DNA of 64,000 bases, from NCBI GenBank assembly GCA_009103225.1, contig RHPI01002090.1:579311-643310 (forward strand). The letters are read 5' to 3'. The DNA comes from Chlorokybus atmophyticus. Taxonomy: Eukaryota; Plantae; Mesostigma and Chlorokybus algae. The position numbers were made by a program, and so were the translations under genes. The notes below the pieces were generated by a model that saw nothing but the letters and a program-made list of their open reading frames with translations, did not search any database and had not been told where the DNA came from. Numbering within the stretch: position 1 is the stretch's first letter; every line of letters begins with the position of its first letter. This document shows, piece after piece, positions 1 through 11,600 of the stretch.

Positions 1-934
1 ATCCTTGTGATGGTTACAAGACAGCAATTCGAATACCTTCAGGCCATTATCAATACAAAGTGTTACCTTTTGAATTGACTGATGCGCCCGCAATGTTTCC
101 GGAGGAATTGAATAAGATTTTTGTGTGGTGGCATACTTAGCAAGTACGTTATGGTTTACTTTGATGACATCATTGTCTTTAATAACAACCAAAAAGAGCA
201 TAAGCAGCACTTGCAAGCGGTGTTGGCCTTGCTGCGTGCACATCGCTTGTTTGCCAATCTTGCAAATCGTGACTTTTGCAAGACGGAGTTGCCATTTTGG
301 GGGCACATTGTAAGCGGTGCGGGTGTTAAGTCTAACCCTCGCAAAGTGCAAGTTGTAAAGGATTGGCCTCAACGCAAGAATATCCATCGGCTGCGATCAT
401 TCTTGGGATCGGCAAATTGCTTTTGCAAGTTTATGATGGGGTACTCCATAGGGGTGGTGCCTTGAACAGAACTGTTGCAAAAAGATGCACCATTGTTGTG
501 GACAGCTGAAGAAGAAGCTGTTATGCAACATGTAAAGCTAGCTTTAAACAGAGCTCCAGTGTTGTCATTGCCAAACTGAAACAAGCATTTCATTGTGGTT
601 AGCGATGTATCCACCCTTGGGTGTGGTGCAGTACTGTCGCAGGATGGCGGACCATGTGCTTATGAGAGTAGGAATTTCATCCCAGCTGAGGTGACTCACA
701 CTACCATTGAGCAAGAGTTGCTTGGTATAGTACATGCTCTGGAAACATGGCAATGCTACTTGGAGGGGGTTCAATTCGCAGTGGTGACTGGTCGTAAATG
801 TGGGTGTATTTTGCAACATGGAAAAATCTGTTACGAAGGCAAGGTCGCGGCAATAAGATTTTGTCCCGGTTTACTTTCGAGTGGGTATACAGGCCAAGCA
901 GAGCCAATGTTGCTGAATCAGAAGAGTTGCTGTC

Positions 935-1444
935 TGTAACAAACCACTAGGCCACAAAAGCACGAAGTGTGTTTTGTGGCCATTGTGGCGTTATTATGTA
1001 GTCGTCCGTGACATTCCCCCCCACTTTGGTATATAAAGTCCTCATCAGATGTGAGTTTTTACAGGGCTTCTCATCACTGAGCAATGGAAGCGATTTTTGC
1101 AATTATTACTGAGCAGACGCAGCGCGCATTGCGCCGCTGAGTGACCAACTGTCAGTCGCCGTCTGGCAAGTCGCGCGATACTACCCAGCGGCGGCTCCAG
1201 GTACACGCGATGCGTCAGAATGTCCGAATGCCGTCCGGCAAGTCGCGCATTGACGCGCGACCCATCATAGATCAATAACAACAACCTCAAAAATCCTTCT
1301 TAGTCTACCGCCGCCAGACGGATTCGACCTCAGGACCTTTTCGGTCTCAAGCTCCGATGACGAATGTAACAAACCACTAGGGCACAAAAGCACGAAGTGT
1401 GTTTTGTGGCCATTGTGGCGTTATTACTTAAGTCGTCCGTGACA
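935..1444 (-). mobile_element. TRIM (miniature non-autonomous LTR retrotransposon), 510 bp
   Basis: Direct repeats 935-1013 and 1365-1444 (79/80 bp, TG...CA). 5-bp TSD CTGTC at 930-934 and 1445-1449. Minus-strand PPT CCAAAGTGGGGGGGAA abuts the left LTR and a degenerate PBS (TTCGTCATCGGAGC) abuts the right LTR. No coding capacity is visible. Confidence 0.92.
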
Positions 1445-2261
1445 CTGTCCGTCATTGTTGGCAGTTAAGCGTGCGCCTTTGCTTGCGACGCGCGGTACAT
1501 TGCCACGTGATGATGAGTTTGCGCAAGCTGTTGTGCAAGGGTATGCTTCAGACCCATGGTTCTCGTCAAAGGACACCAACACAACTGTTGCGATGCCTTA
1601 ACAGTCTTGCGATTGATAAGCGAGACAACATGTTTTATCATATGGGCACTAGTTTGGTCATACTAGATCATGCTGAGTTGCGTGTAAAATGCATAGCTGA
1701 TGTAGGGTAAGTGTACCATAGTTCGGACACCTAATTAAGGACAGGTTTTGTTCTATGACCTCCATGGCTGTTGCTGGTGTGCGACGGTGCGTGGGAAGAC
1801 GAGGAGTTGACGGGTGTTATAGACGTGACGGCATATTTTTTGGTGCCGTACAGCCATCACTACACAACCTCAAAGTGGGGAGTACATGATATCCTGGCAA
1901 AACGGCTGTTGTCGTAAGTTCGGACTGCCCGAAATGGCTGCATTTCACCCTGCTGTGGCGGCCAATCAGTGTTGGGCAGGCTTCAGATTGCGCTGGCGTG
2001 CTGTGCTGACATGCTGTGACCCGTCACGATGCTGTCAACGCCGCCGCCATCGCCACTGGTGCGGGCAGCGTCTACCTTGCTGTTGTATGCCGTCCGAACA
2101 TAGGCGAGGTTGCGGGTATGTGCATGCTGGGCGCTGTTGTCGTGGCCGTGGTGGTGGCCGGTGGCGCCTTTGCGCAAGGGTCGTCGCCTGCTGGTAAGCT
2201 TGCAGAGATGCGCTTGGGTGTGTGTTCTGAACCTGTTTGCCTGCGTGAGAGTGCTGCATGC

Positions 2262-2578
2262 ATGTGTGTGTGTGTGTGTGTNNNNNNNNNNNNNNNNNNN
2301 NNNNNNNNNNNNNNNNNNNNNNNNNNNNNNNNNNNNNNNNNNNNNNNNNNNNNNNNNNNNNNNNNNNNNNNNNNNNNNNNNNNNNNNNNNNNNNNNNNNN
2401 NNNNNNNNNNNNNNNNNNNNNNNNNNNNNNNNNNNNNNNNNNNNNNNNNNNNNNNNNNNNNNNNNNNNNNNNNNNNNNNNNNNNNNNNNNNNNNNNNNNN
2501 NNNNNNNNNNNNNNNNNNNNNNNNNNNNNNNNNNNNNNNNNNNNNNNNNNNNNNNNNNNNNNNNNNNNNNNNNNNNNN
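2262..2578. other. (GT)n microsatellite followed by an assembly gap (N 2282-2578)
   Basis: Directly visible. Confidence 0.99.
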
Positions 2579-2645
2579 AGCTGTGTGACCACACATGTAT
2601 GTACAGACTAATATATGTACAGACAATTTGTGCTGACTCTGCTAC

Positions 2646-5544
2646 CTAGAGCATGCGTGATCTTGCTGCTGCCTTGAGGTTGAGCAGGGTGCGAGCCGGG
2701 CCTGCATAGCATGCCACAGATGCATCTACGCAGCGATTGGCAGCCTGCATCTCAGAAGGGGTGGGTGACATGGAAGGAAAGCGGTTGGGCTGCCAGCCTT
2801 GGCCAGCCAGCTGTGGGCTGCCAACTGGACTGCGCTGAGGGGACAGGTTGGCCAATGGGTTGTCAACTTCGCTAGTGTCAACAACTTGTGATGCCAGATC
2901 AACAATGCATGGCCTGGGTGCTGCATGTGTCCTGATGTGAGTGGGTCCTGCACGAGCTGTGGCATCTTTCTGCGCTAATAGCTTGGCCTGTTTTGCAGCC
3001 TCCTTCGCTGCCTTGGCTTCCTGCTTCTGCAATTGTACCAGCTCTCGCTGCGCCTTTGCTGTTGCACGCTGCAAGGCACCCAACTCCTTGGCCCTAGCTG
3101 CTTCCACCTTCTTCTGTGCTGCCTCTTGCTTGCGTGCTGCCACTGCAGCTTGCTTGGCGGCAATCTCGGCCTTCTTGGCTTGCAATGCCTTGATATATCC
3201 TTCAGATGTCAGGCAGATTGAACCCTGGATGTGTGGGTTTGCCTTCTTTTGCTGCCAAGTTGAAGGGCCTGCCTCCTGCTGAATGCTACCAAAGTTGATG
3301 TTGCCACTGTTGGGAGCGCCACCCACTGTGACACCTCGCAAGTTGATGTTGATATTGTTGTTGTTAGTGATGTTGACGCTGTTGTTGTTGATGACTGCAG
3401 GCGCTGGTGTAGATGGGCTTGGCTGGCGGTTCTCCTTGTCGCTGGAGCTGTCGTCATCTTCGGTGGCCGAGGAGTCCTCATCATCCTCAAATGGCACAGG
3501 CACACCCTCCCCATCAAGCGCAGGCCCTCCAAACTCGTGCTGCACTTGTGCATGTGCCAAGTCAGGAGTCACCTCCTCGGGGGTGGGTTTGGGAAGCTCA
3601 GGCACCTTGCTGTCCAATGCATGCACATTGACGGGCCAGATCCCTAGCATGACACAATTCAGTGAGATTGATGGCTGAAGTGCATGCATGTAAGCACTGA
3701 TTGGGTTGTCTCATATACTGCACCTGTCTTCTTGAACCCGCTTGCAATGTTGCCAGGTGTCATCGCCAACATGAAGGGCTTGGCCGTCAGCTCTACAAAC
3801 TTTAACTTGGTGATGGGACATGTTGGGTCCTCCACTCGCCACTTCAGGAACTCTCCTCGGTAGTGCTGCTTCAACGAGCGAAAGCAGCTCACGTCTAGCA
3901 CCTGGTAAGGCAATAGGTTGCAATGCCGCATAGCAAAGCACAATTGCGCATGCATGTCAATGTGCACTGCGCACCAACCTGCATCAAGTGTGTCATATGC
4001 GCTGGGAATGTCAGCATGTGCACACCATGGTCACGTGCCAGCTGCAACAGGTCAGGATTCATGCGAGATGAGTGGCCGTCCAGCAGCAAGAGGACTGGTC
4101 TGTCTACACTCGCCCCTCCAGGTATGAACTTTAGAAACTTGTCAAACCAGTCCACAAACAGTTCCATTGTCATGTACGCATTCTCTTGCATGCGCATGTA
4201 GGCACCATAAGGTGCAGCCGCTAGATAGTTCTCTGTGTAGCGATGACCCTTCAAGATGTAGAAAGGAGGCATCCACATCCCTGCTGCATTAACGCACGCC
4301 ATAACACTCATGTGTTCTCGACTACCCACTTGATTGTAGTAGGGGTTCTTGTACCCCTTTTTGCATATGACTTTCACAGTCCCTGCATACGCAAGGTGGT
4401 AATCAGCATCCACATCCACAAGCATTGACAACTATTCGCGTGCGCAGAACTCACCAAGGTTGTCAGGCTCAAAACCGGTTTCATCAGCGTTGAAGATGCG
4501 GGTGGGGTCATCAATGCCCAACTCAGCAAGCACCGTGGTGTACAGCTGGAAGAAACCCTCAATGTTCTCCCTGGTACACGCTTGCCACCTTCTCCTGTCC
4601 AGTCCTTCGGCAACGCGGGACGCCAACTGGTGGCGACTCATCAACAGGCGCAGCCACTTATACCCAGGACAGCCGCTGGCACCAAAGCGCTGCAAACGCC
4701 CAAGGGGATCATCCTTGAGCATGTGCATCACCTGCATGCACACTTGCAAGCTTAGCACACCACTCTGGCCTTCATGCACCCGCACAAGGTACGCCTCGTC
4801 TGAATCAGCATTAGCTTACGCATTGCACCATTTACATGCATACGCAGTCGCACTCGCTATGCCTTACCTTTGTAAACAGGGCCGGCCTTGTGACACCCAA
4901 GTTGTTGTCAGCAGACCAGTTGATCCACGCCACCAGGTCCTTCTCCTCTTCCATGGTCAGCACCGGTGGACGCCCACTAGGCCGTGGCAACTGCAACTTC
5001 TCCGGGTATGTGACATAGTCCCAGAGGGTGGACTTGGGGACGCCATGCCTCGCAGCAGCAATCCTGAGCTTCATGCCAGCCTTCACCTCTTCAACTGCCG
5101 CCCCCATCTTTAAAATGAGGCCCTGCCCAGCATAGTTGACATAGGCCATGCCTTTGCGACGTGTGGTGCCCAGCACACTCCTAAGCGCTGCCTTGCTGCG
5201 TCCCCGGTAGCGCTTGAGTGGGCCTGGTGCAGAGGGTGTGCCACATGCTCGCTTACTTCCCGCTGCAGGAGTGGACTCCTGCAGACAACACCATGCATCA
5301 GCCTCAAGTGCCATATACCACGACCACCAGCACCCAACTGTGTAGTACGACATGTACATAGTGTGCTAAGCATAGCGTAAAAGAGCGTTATGCAACCACA
5401 AGACCACACACTCATGCACAGCCTTGGCAGCCTCTGTACCTCATTGTCTTGCATGCCATCTTGTGTGCTCTGCTCGCGCTGCGTCTCTGCCGCTCCCCGT
5501 GTGTGCACCATCACCCTCGCGTGGCGTTTTAGCCCCCCAAACAC
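2646..5544 (-). CDS. pogo/Tigger-type transposase (psq-like HTH, CENP-B HTH, DDE_1), multi-exon, long C-terminal tail
   Basis: Motifs AAARHGVPKSTL, GRPPVLTMEEEKDL, KWLRLLMSRH, IFNADETG, LLLLDGHSS, FPAHMTHLMQ|VLDV and SGFKKTG|IWP are joined across GT-AG introns. No stop is visible in the exons. The exact start codon is uncertain. Confidence 0.9.
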
Positions 5545-7165
5545 ACAAGCCCCAGTCCACAGTGCGCAACTTCACACATAACAGCTATACCACTGCCAGT
5601 CCGCATTGACCACCCCAACTACTCAGCACTAACAATTGCCACCACTCCCTTTGCAACTGCACCAAACCCAACCCAATCGCACTTTCACATTGCCCGCCAC
5701 AACTTTCAAATGACAACGCTGGTAGACTAACCACTTTAGCAGCGTTAACTACGTTGTAGGGGCATTGCATTGAGCCAACAAACGCGCTCATTGGTCGAGC
5801 ACAGACCTATCCTTAAGACTTCAAAGTCAAGTCAACCACACTGCCACACTTTAATTTACACAGTTAAACGCATGCTACTGGCGCCAATACTTAACCAATA
5901 GGGTTGAAACTCGAAGGAGAGCTAGGATTGGTCCACAGGTACACGACAAAGTTCACAGCGCTCAAATTGACCGCCAAAACCGCCAACCACAGCGTCTACT
6001 ACCGCCAAGTTCATGCAGGTCCGAATTTACGCATTTGTCCGAATTTAGTTACACTTACCCTACACGATCTACCATACGCTGGGCACTTTGGCAAGACTAT
6101 TAAGGCAGCGCAACAGTCGTTGGTGGCCATCGTTGCCTATTCACTTATAGCGGTATGTCGATACGCGTGACAAGCCGTTACGACAGGCACCCGCTGAGTT
6201 GCTGCGACCATTGCCTGTTCATGATGGCAAATGGGAAAGTGTGAGTATGTACTTGATTACTCAGCTCCCAAAGACAGCACTAGGTCACACTGCGGTTGCA
6301 GTTTTTGTGGACCGTTTATTCAAAATGGTTCACATCGTCCCTTGTCGCACGTAAATCGAGCAAATAGGCTCATATGAGTTGGCGGTGGTTTTTGTTGCGT
6401 TTGTGTTTGAGTTGCATGGCTTGCCTCGCAACTTTGTGTCTGATTGTGATGCGCGATTTGTGGCTCAGCTCTGAAAGTTGCTATGCGGTTTGTTACAGAT
6501 TCAACAGAAGATGAGCACATCTTACCATCCGCAGATGGATGGTCAGATCGAACGCGCCAATCGAGTATTGCAAGAAACCATCCGGCATTATGCGAGTCCA
6601 AATCAGAGTGATTGGGATAATTCAAGAAACCATCCCGGCTAAGTTCGCAATCGATATGCGTGGCAAGAGAGTGTGCAAAAAACTCCGTTATTCTTAAATT
6701 ACAGACTGCATCCACGTCTTGTGAACATCAAGTTGCCCGCTATTGACATAACTCGCGTACCTAGAGCGCGCGAGATGGCTTGCATGGCTTCGGCCATGCA
6801 GGATAAGTCAGCATTGGCTAAACTGCTGTTTCCACGCAGCGCAAGCCAGACAAAAAGCTCAAGGGGATGCGCATCGTACAGAGGCCAAGTACGATGTGGG
6901 CTGTTCGGTGCTTAAGTCCCAAAAACATATCTATTAAGGAAGTGGGTACCCGCAGATTTTTCCCTCGCTAGATAGGCCCGTTCAAAGTAATTGATTGGTC
7001 CGGCACTCACGCGTATTGGTTGGACTTGTCACAGTCGCTACACATTCACAATGTGATTCATGTGAGTGTACTGAAACCGTTCCGTTCTGACGGTCTAGTT
7101 CAACCTCCTCCACGCCCCGTTGCAGTGGATGGAGACGATACTTTTGAGTAAACACAGAATTTTTC

Positions 7166-7622
7166 CGCGGACCAGCCCTGGTCCGCACGTACTGGTCAGG
7201 GGAGAAATTGCCCGAGCGGCTTGGGGTTCGGACTAGGGTCGCCCGCCTTAATCTGCGCGCGGGGACCAAAGCTAGTCCAAACAGTATGTAACTGTCCCAC
7301 GGTCCCCGGAAAACCGTGCCAGCCCTGGTTGCTTTTATCATGGCAAGCGCAATGGGACCAATGCTGGTGTGCCATGCGTGTGGCTGCATGGACCCAAAAT
7401 GGTCCACTCTTGGCACAGCTTTGCTAAGAAGATTACCAGTATTGGTCCCGAGTAGTACGACAATTTTTGAATCGCACCGTATGACAATTAATGGTTTGTT
7501 TGTAATGTGAACGTCAGCTCAGGCAGTCTGCACAGATGGTCACGACCATGGTCCCACCGGCAAAGCCATAGTTGATCCCATAGGTCGGGACGTTCACATT
7601 ATAAACGGACCATGCCTGGTCC
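7166..7622. repeat. Array of GGACC-N6-GGTCC palindromes, likely subterminal repeats of a DNA transposon starting ~7153 (CACAG...)
   Basis: GGACCagccctGGTCC, GGACCaaagctAGTCC, GGACCaatgctGGTGT, GGACCcaaaatGGTCC and GGACCatgcctGGTCC, plus half sites. The array begins immediately where gypsy homology stops. Confidence 0.65.
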
Positions 7623-8065
7623 ACACCAAGCAATTGCTGCATACCAGTCAAAACTCACTGCATTCAATCACGCTTGCATCTGAAGACCAGTATTAGTGCA
7701 CGACACCCACTGTCATCCTGCACCGATGCTGGTCTGTTACCTATGCACCAGCTATTCACATGAACAATTGTATGCTATGGTGCGTGTCTGACAATCAGCG
7801 CGACCTGCAGAATATCAATTAGCTATGCTAACTACAGCAGCGGTCCACACCAAGCAATTGCTGCATACCAGTCAAAACTCACTGCATTCAATCACGCTTG
7901 CATCTGAAGACCAGTATTAGTGCACGACACCCACTGTCATCCTGCACCGATGCTGGTCTGTTACCTATGCACCAGCTATTCACATGAACAATTGTATGCT
8001 ATGGTGCGTGTCTGACAATCAGCGCGACCTGCAGAATATCAATTAGCTATGCTAACTACAGCAGC
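7618..8065. repeat. Tandem duplication, 2 x 224 bp
   Basis: Units start at GGTCCACACC (7618 and 7842) and appear identical by eye. Confidence 0.97.
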
Positions 8066-8091
8066 GTTCTCGTAACTACTCTTTCCAGCGA

Positions 8092-11000
8092 TCATGGACC
8101 GCCTATGACGAGATTGAGGCGCACGCTGATCACACCACGTGGTCTAGGCACGCACACCTTCCCTCTATTTGCACCGTACTTGCAGTCGTAGAGGGCCTGT
8201 GAGATGAACAAGTGCACGCCGCGTGCGCCAACATCTGTTGTTGTTGTAGACACTGCGCGCGCACTTTTCATCAGAGCCACACAGCAAACTATAGACACAT
8301 TGTACATTCCTTAACAATAGCAACTTGCATAAAGCCCTGATACCTATTAGTCTTGCAAGCATGTTCTGCTTGGCTCCCATCTCCCCATGAAGCGGAACCT
8401 CTCGGTCACAGGCGTTTCACTTTTATCTGGCATGCCTGCATTTATATAGAGTAGTGAGTGCGTGTAAGCACATACACATAGCATATGCTCATACATGGCA
8501 CTATTAGCTTACAGCTTACCAGTCTACGAGCATATCGTATAGACTGCAGTGACCTGTGCATTGGTCACATTTGTCATGCCTACGAGCGCTCATTTACGCG
8601 ATTCATAAGATCTGAGTACCTGGCCGTAACCTCATGTTCATCCAGCTCAGCTATCCACCCTGCGTTGGGTCTTCCCCTAGCCACTTCTTTTCAATTGCAA
8701 ATTGCACAACCGCTTGCATAATACGCTTTGTTGGAATGCTGTCTATCTGGGCCTGGTTGCGGAAGGGAAGAGGTGCCACGCACTTCATTAGCGCCACCTC
8801 CTTCTTCCGCCAGAATTCCCATCACCGGCCAACCTGCGCCCTAGTAGGTGTTTGCTCGGTGCCACAGCACACAGCCGCCAGCACCTATAGCTTCTCATCA
8901 TCCGCTGAAATCTCGCGGGCGGTGCCCTGCATGGGCACACCATGAGCACAACTAGCAATCAATTAAACAAGGAACTTATTGAACACAGTTAACAAACCTG
9001 TTTGCCTTGTTGATGCTGCGCATCCAACTCTTGGAATACTCTCTCCGGCATTTCCCCATCCCAACGTGCCTATTGAATCTGCATTCCCCGTTTTCACAGA
9101 CGCAGGTGCCCATCTAGCTCATGAACATAAGTGGCCACTCAACTCTGCACATGCACTCCATCAACTGTCAGTGTCATAGGCGGTTCACTTGTGCACTTTA
9201 GCCAAATACACGCGACGCACGTCCCGCACTTGTTGGCATGCAGTGACGAAAGCATAGACAGTGCACTGACTAACAATCACAAACTTACCTTCAGCTCGGC
9301 GCGTGTGTAATGATCTTGTGTCTTGCCGTGCATAAGCCTTTGCGACCTGATAGGTATGATAGGCCGCACGCTGTTGCCCTTCACGCAAAACACTGGCAGC
9401 CAATTGACAATCAGCACGCTGTATGTGCGGCAGGGCTCATCCACATCCTCGGCAATCTTTAACAATGGTGGCAATAACTACGGGTACACATAGGTCTTCA
9501 CGACTTAAGGATTGCATGTCGATGTCAACGATTTTGTTTTTATTGTAATCGTCTGCATGTCCGTACCGTATAAACAAGCATGGTGTGGGATAACACAACA
9601 CAACAGCTGTACATTTAGCTTGCTTCACTTCCAGTGGAGTTGTCACAATTTATGATTGCACACACACATTGCACACAGTCCTTACCCGAATTTGAGCCAA
9701 GTAGCCCGCAGCACGTCATCGAAAAGGGGGCCGTTGCTTAAGGGGCACTGCAGAACGACAGTCTGCGACGGGCTGTAATTGTTAGGGCTGAAAACTCTGC
9801 CCCACCATGCAGACCGGCGATGAGCAGCCGTGTTTGGCAGTTTGCTCTGCTTCTCGAGCATGCAGACGGAGCTGGACCCGCTGCTCCCTGGACTGTCCTT
9901 TGCGTTCACCTCGTTCTTCTTTAACGCCCCTCGGATAGGTCCATTGGCGTCGTAATAAAATATGCCCAGATGTGCTCTGCCAAGCAAAAGTTATGAGCGA
10001 CATGTCCACAAAGCTGCTTTGTCTCATAGGCACTGTCCATTATATACGACTTATGCAATCCATTGCTGCAATTTAAAACCTCATAGGCATGTCCAGTGTT
10101 TCAACTTGACAAACAGTACCGTGACAACTTGGCAAACAACGTCATAGCAACGATAGCAACGTTTGCCACCGTTAACCAGTAGTGAAAACAGCTGGATATG
10201 CATACAGACTAGCTAATTTCAGCTGACAGCAAGCCATCCATGTCAAGTGACGTGACAACTTTGCAAAACTATGTGATGGCAACTGATTTGCAAAAGTAGC
10301 ATCACTAACCAGCAGCAACAGCAGCTTAACGGCTACCAAAGCTGCTATATGCATGGAGACTAGCTGGTTTAAAAACAGAAATCGAGCTGTACACAACGCA
10401 TTCAGAGCAAACCGTTACAGAAAACAACTGCCCTTTTGATATACGGAGCTCTATGCTTTCCACAAAAATTAAAGGCTCCAGCTCCAGCTCCGGCTCCAAC
10501 TCCTCGCAAAAGCTATTTAGCTTGGCAATGCTGGCCTGCGCTGCAAGATCCGTGCTCCGCTTGTCGACATTCAGCTCCTTTTAGCCTGGACTAGAGTCTA
10601 CTCCCCCTGCTTGAGCGTCTGGGTGAACTTGTCTATGTTTCGCACATGGGCGGGGTGCACAGAGGAAAAGTTGTCCCTCAGGAACATGTCCCTAACTTCC
10701 CGGCCGTTGTTGCCAGGGTTGAACACTTGGCTAGCAGAAGATAATGCGGTCACCATTGTTGCACTATACACAAAGCACCTAAGCTTCCAAGTGACAAAAG
10801 GCTCACACAGCAGTCTGTAGCACGAGAGTCTACAGCACGCGACCTAATGCTGATGCAATAACCAATGCCGAAGTTATGCTGCGCACAACGCACAACGCAC
10901 GCGCGAACGAACAAAACACTGGCGTAACCTGACAACAAAGTTTCGACAACAACCTTTCACTTGGCAAGTGAAATAAATTTCAATGCCTATGTGACTTAGG

Positions 11001-11445
11001 GTTTGTCGGAGCGGCCTATGCGGTTGCCGGTGACGCCGCGTGCCTGATGTTTGGTGTGCCAGAGGTAGCTTTAGCGGTGCTAGCGGAGGTGTGGCAGAAT
11101 GCTGGCTTGTCTTGTATAAGAGTGTAGTCAAGAGCAAGTTGTTGCAGAGATCGGCAAGCTAAAAAACATTGTGGATGATGACATCCCTACCATGTTGGCG
11201 ACATTGTCGATTTTGGAGTAGATTTGGAGGCAGCCTTCACACCAGCAGATATTAACACTGTCCCTACTGTAGAACAAACGTAAAGGCGAGCCTGCAAAAA
11301 GTCCAACGGGCGTCCAAAAACCACACACACCAAGACTGCAAAGATCGCGCAGCACCTGCACATTAGATTTTGCAGGTACATGCGTAAACGCACCAACCAG
11401 GACGGCAGATGAGCTGAAGGGACATATGGGGAATTCTCTCTCCAA
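8092..11445 (-). pseudogene. Degenerate multi-exon gene of unknown family, probably the transposase of the element starting ~7153
   Basis: Several protein-like minus-strand segments with in-frame stops (WEFWRKKEVALMKCVAPLPFRNQ, GIFYYDANGPIRGAL, HADDYNKNKIVDIDMQ, ELEPLIFVESIELR). No diagnostic motif was recognised. Confidence 0.4.
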
Positions 11446-11600
11446 AGCAGTGCGGGCGCGTGTGATGTTGGAAGTACGTTTGTTCTTATAGAATTATAGA
11501 CGTTGTATGCAAGTGAAGTAGTATTTGGGAAAAAGGCTGTGCAATAAATTTAGCTTACGTGAAGCATATATGGGCGTGCAGGACCTGAAACATAAAAAAG

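Larger units (their letters stand above)
1705..6060 (-). mobile_element. Full-length pogo-family (Tc1/mariner) DNA transposon
   Basis: 25-bp TIRs GGGTAAGTGTACCATAGTTCGGACA / TGTCCGAATTTAGTTACACTTACCC (21/25 match). TA TSD at 1703-1704 and 6061-6062. Encodes an HTH + DDE transposase. Confidence 0.95.
1..7150 (+). mobile_element. Degenerate Ty3/gypsy pol remnant (RT-RNaseH-integrase to start of chromodomain), same family as 21353-28225, interrupted by three insertions
   Basis: Fragments YVMVYFDDII, VKDWPQ, CAYESR, WESVSM and RFFPR parallel the pol at 24592-27776 but carry stops and frameshifts. The host sequence rejoins cleanly across the insertions at 935-1444 and 1705-6060. Homology ends at GAGTA (7150). 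Confidence 0.95.

Noticed and set aside
1983-2649. Long ORFs spanning N runs (also 62897-63532)
   Set aside because: Artefacts of gaps and dinucleotide repeats.
7618-8065. CRISPR-like or other prokaryotic arrays
   Set aside because: The repeats are simple two-unit duplications with no spacers, in a eukaryotic context.
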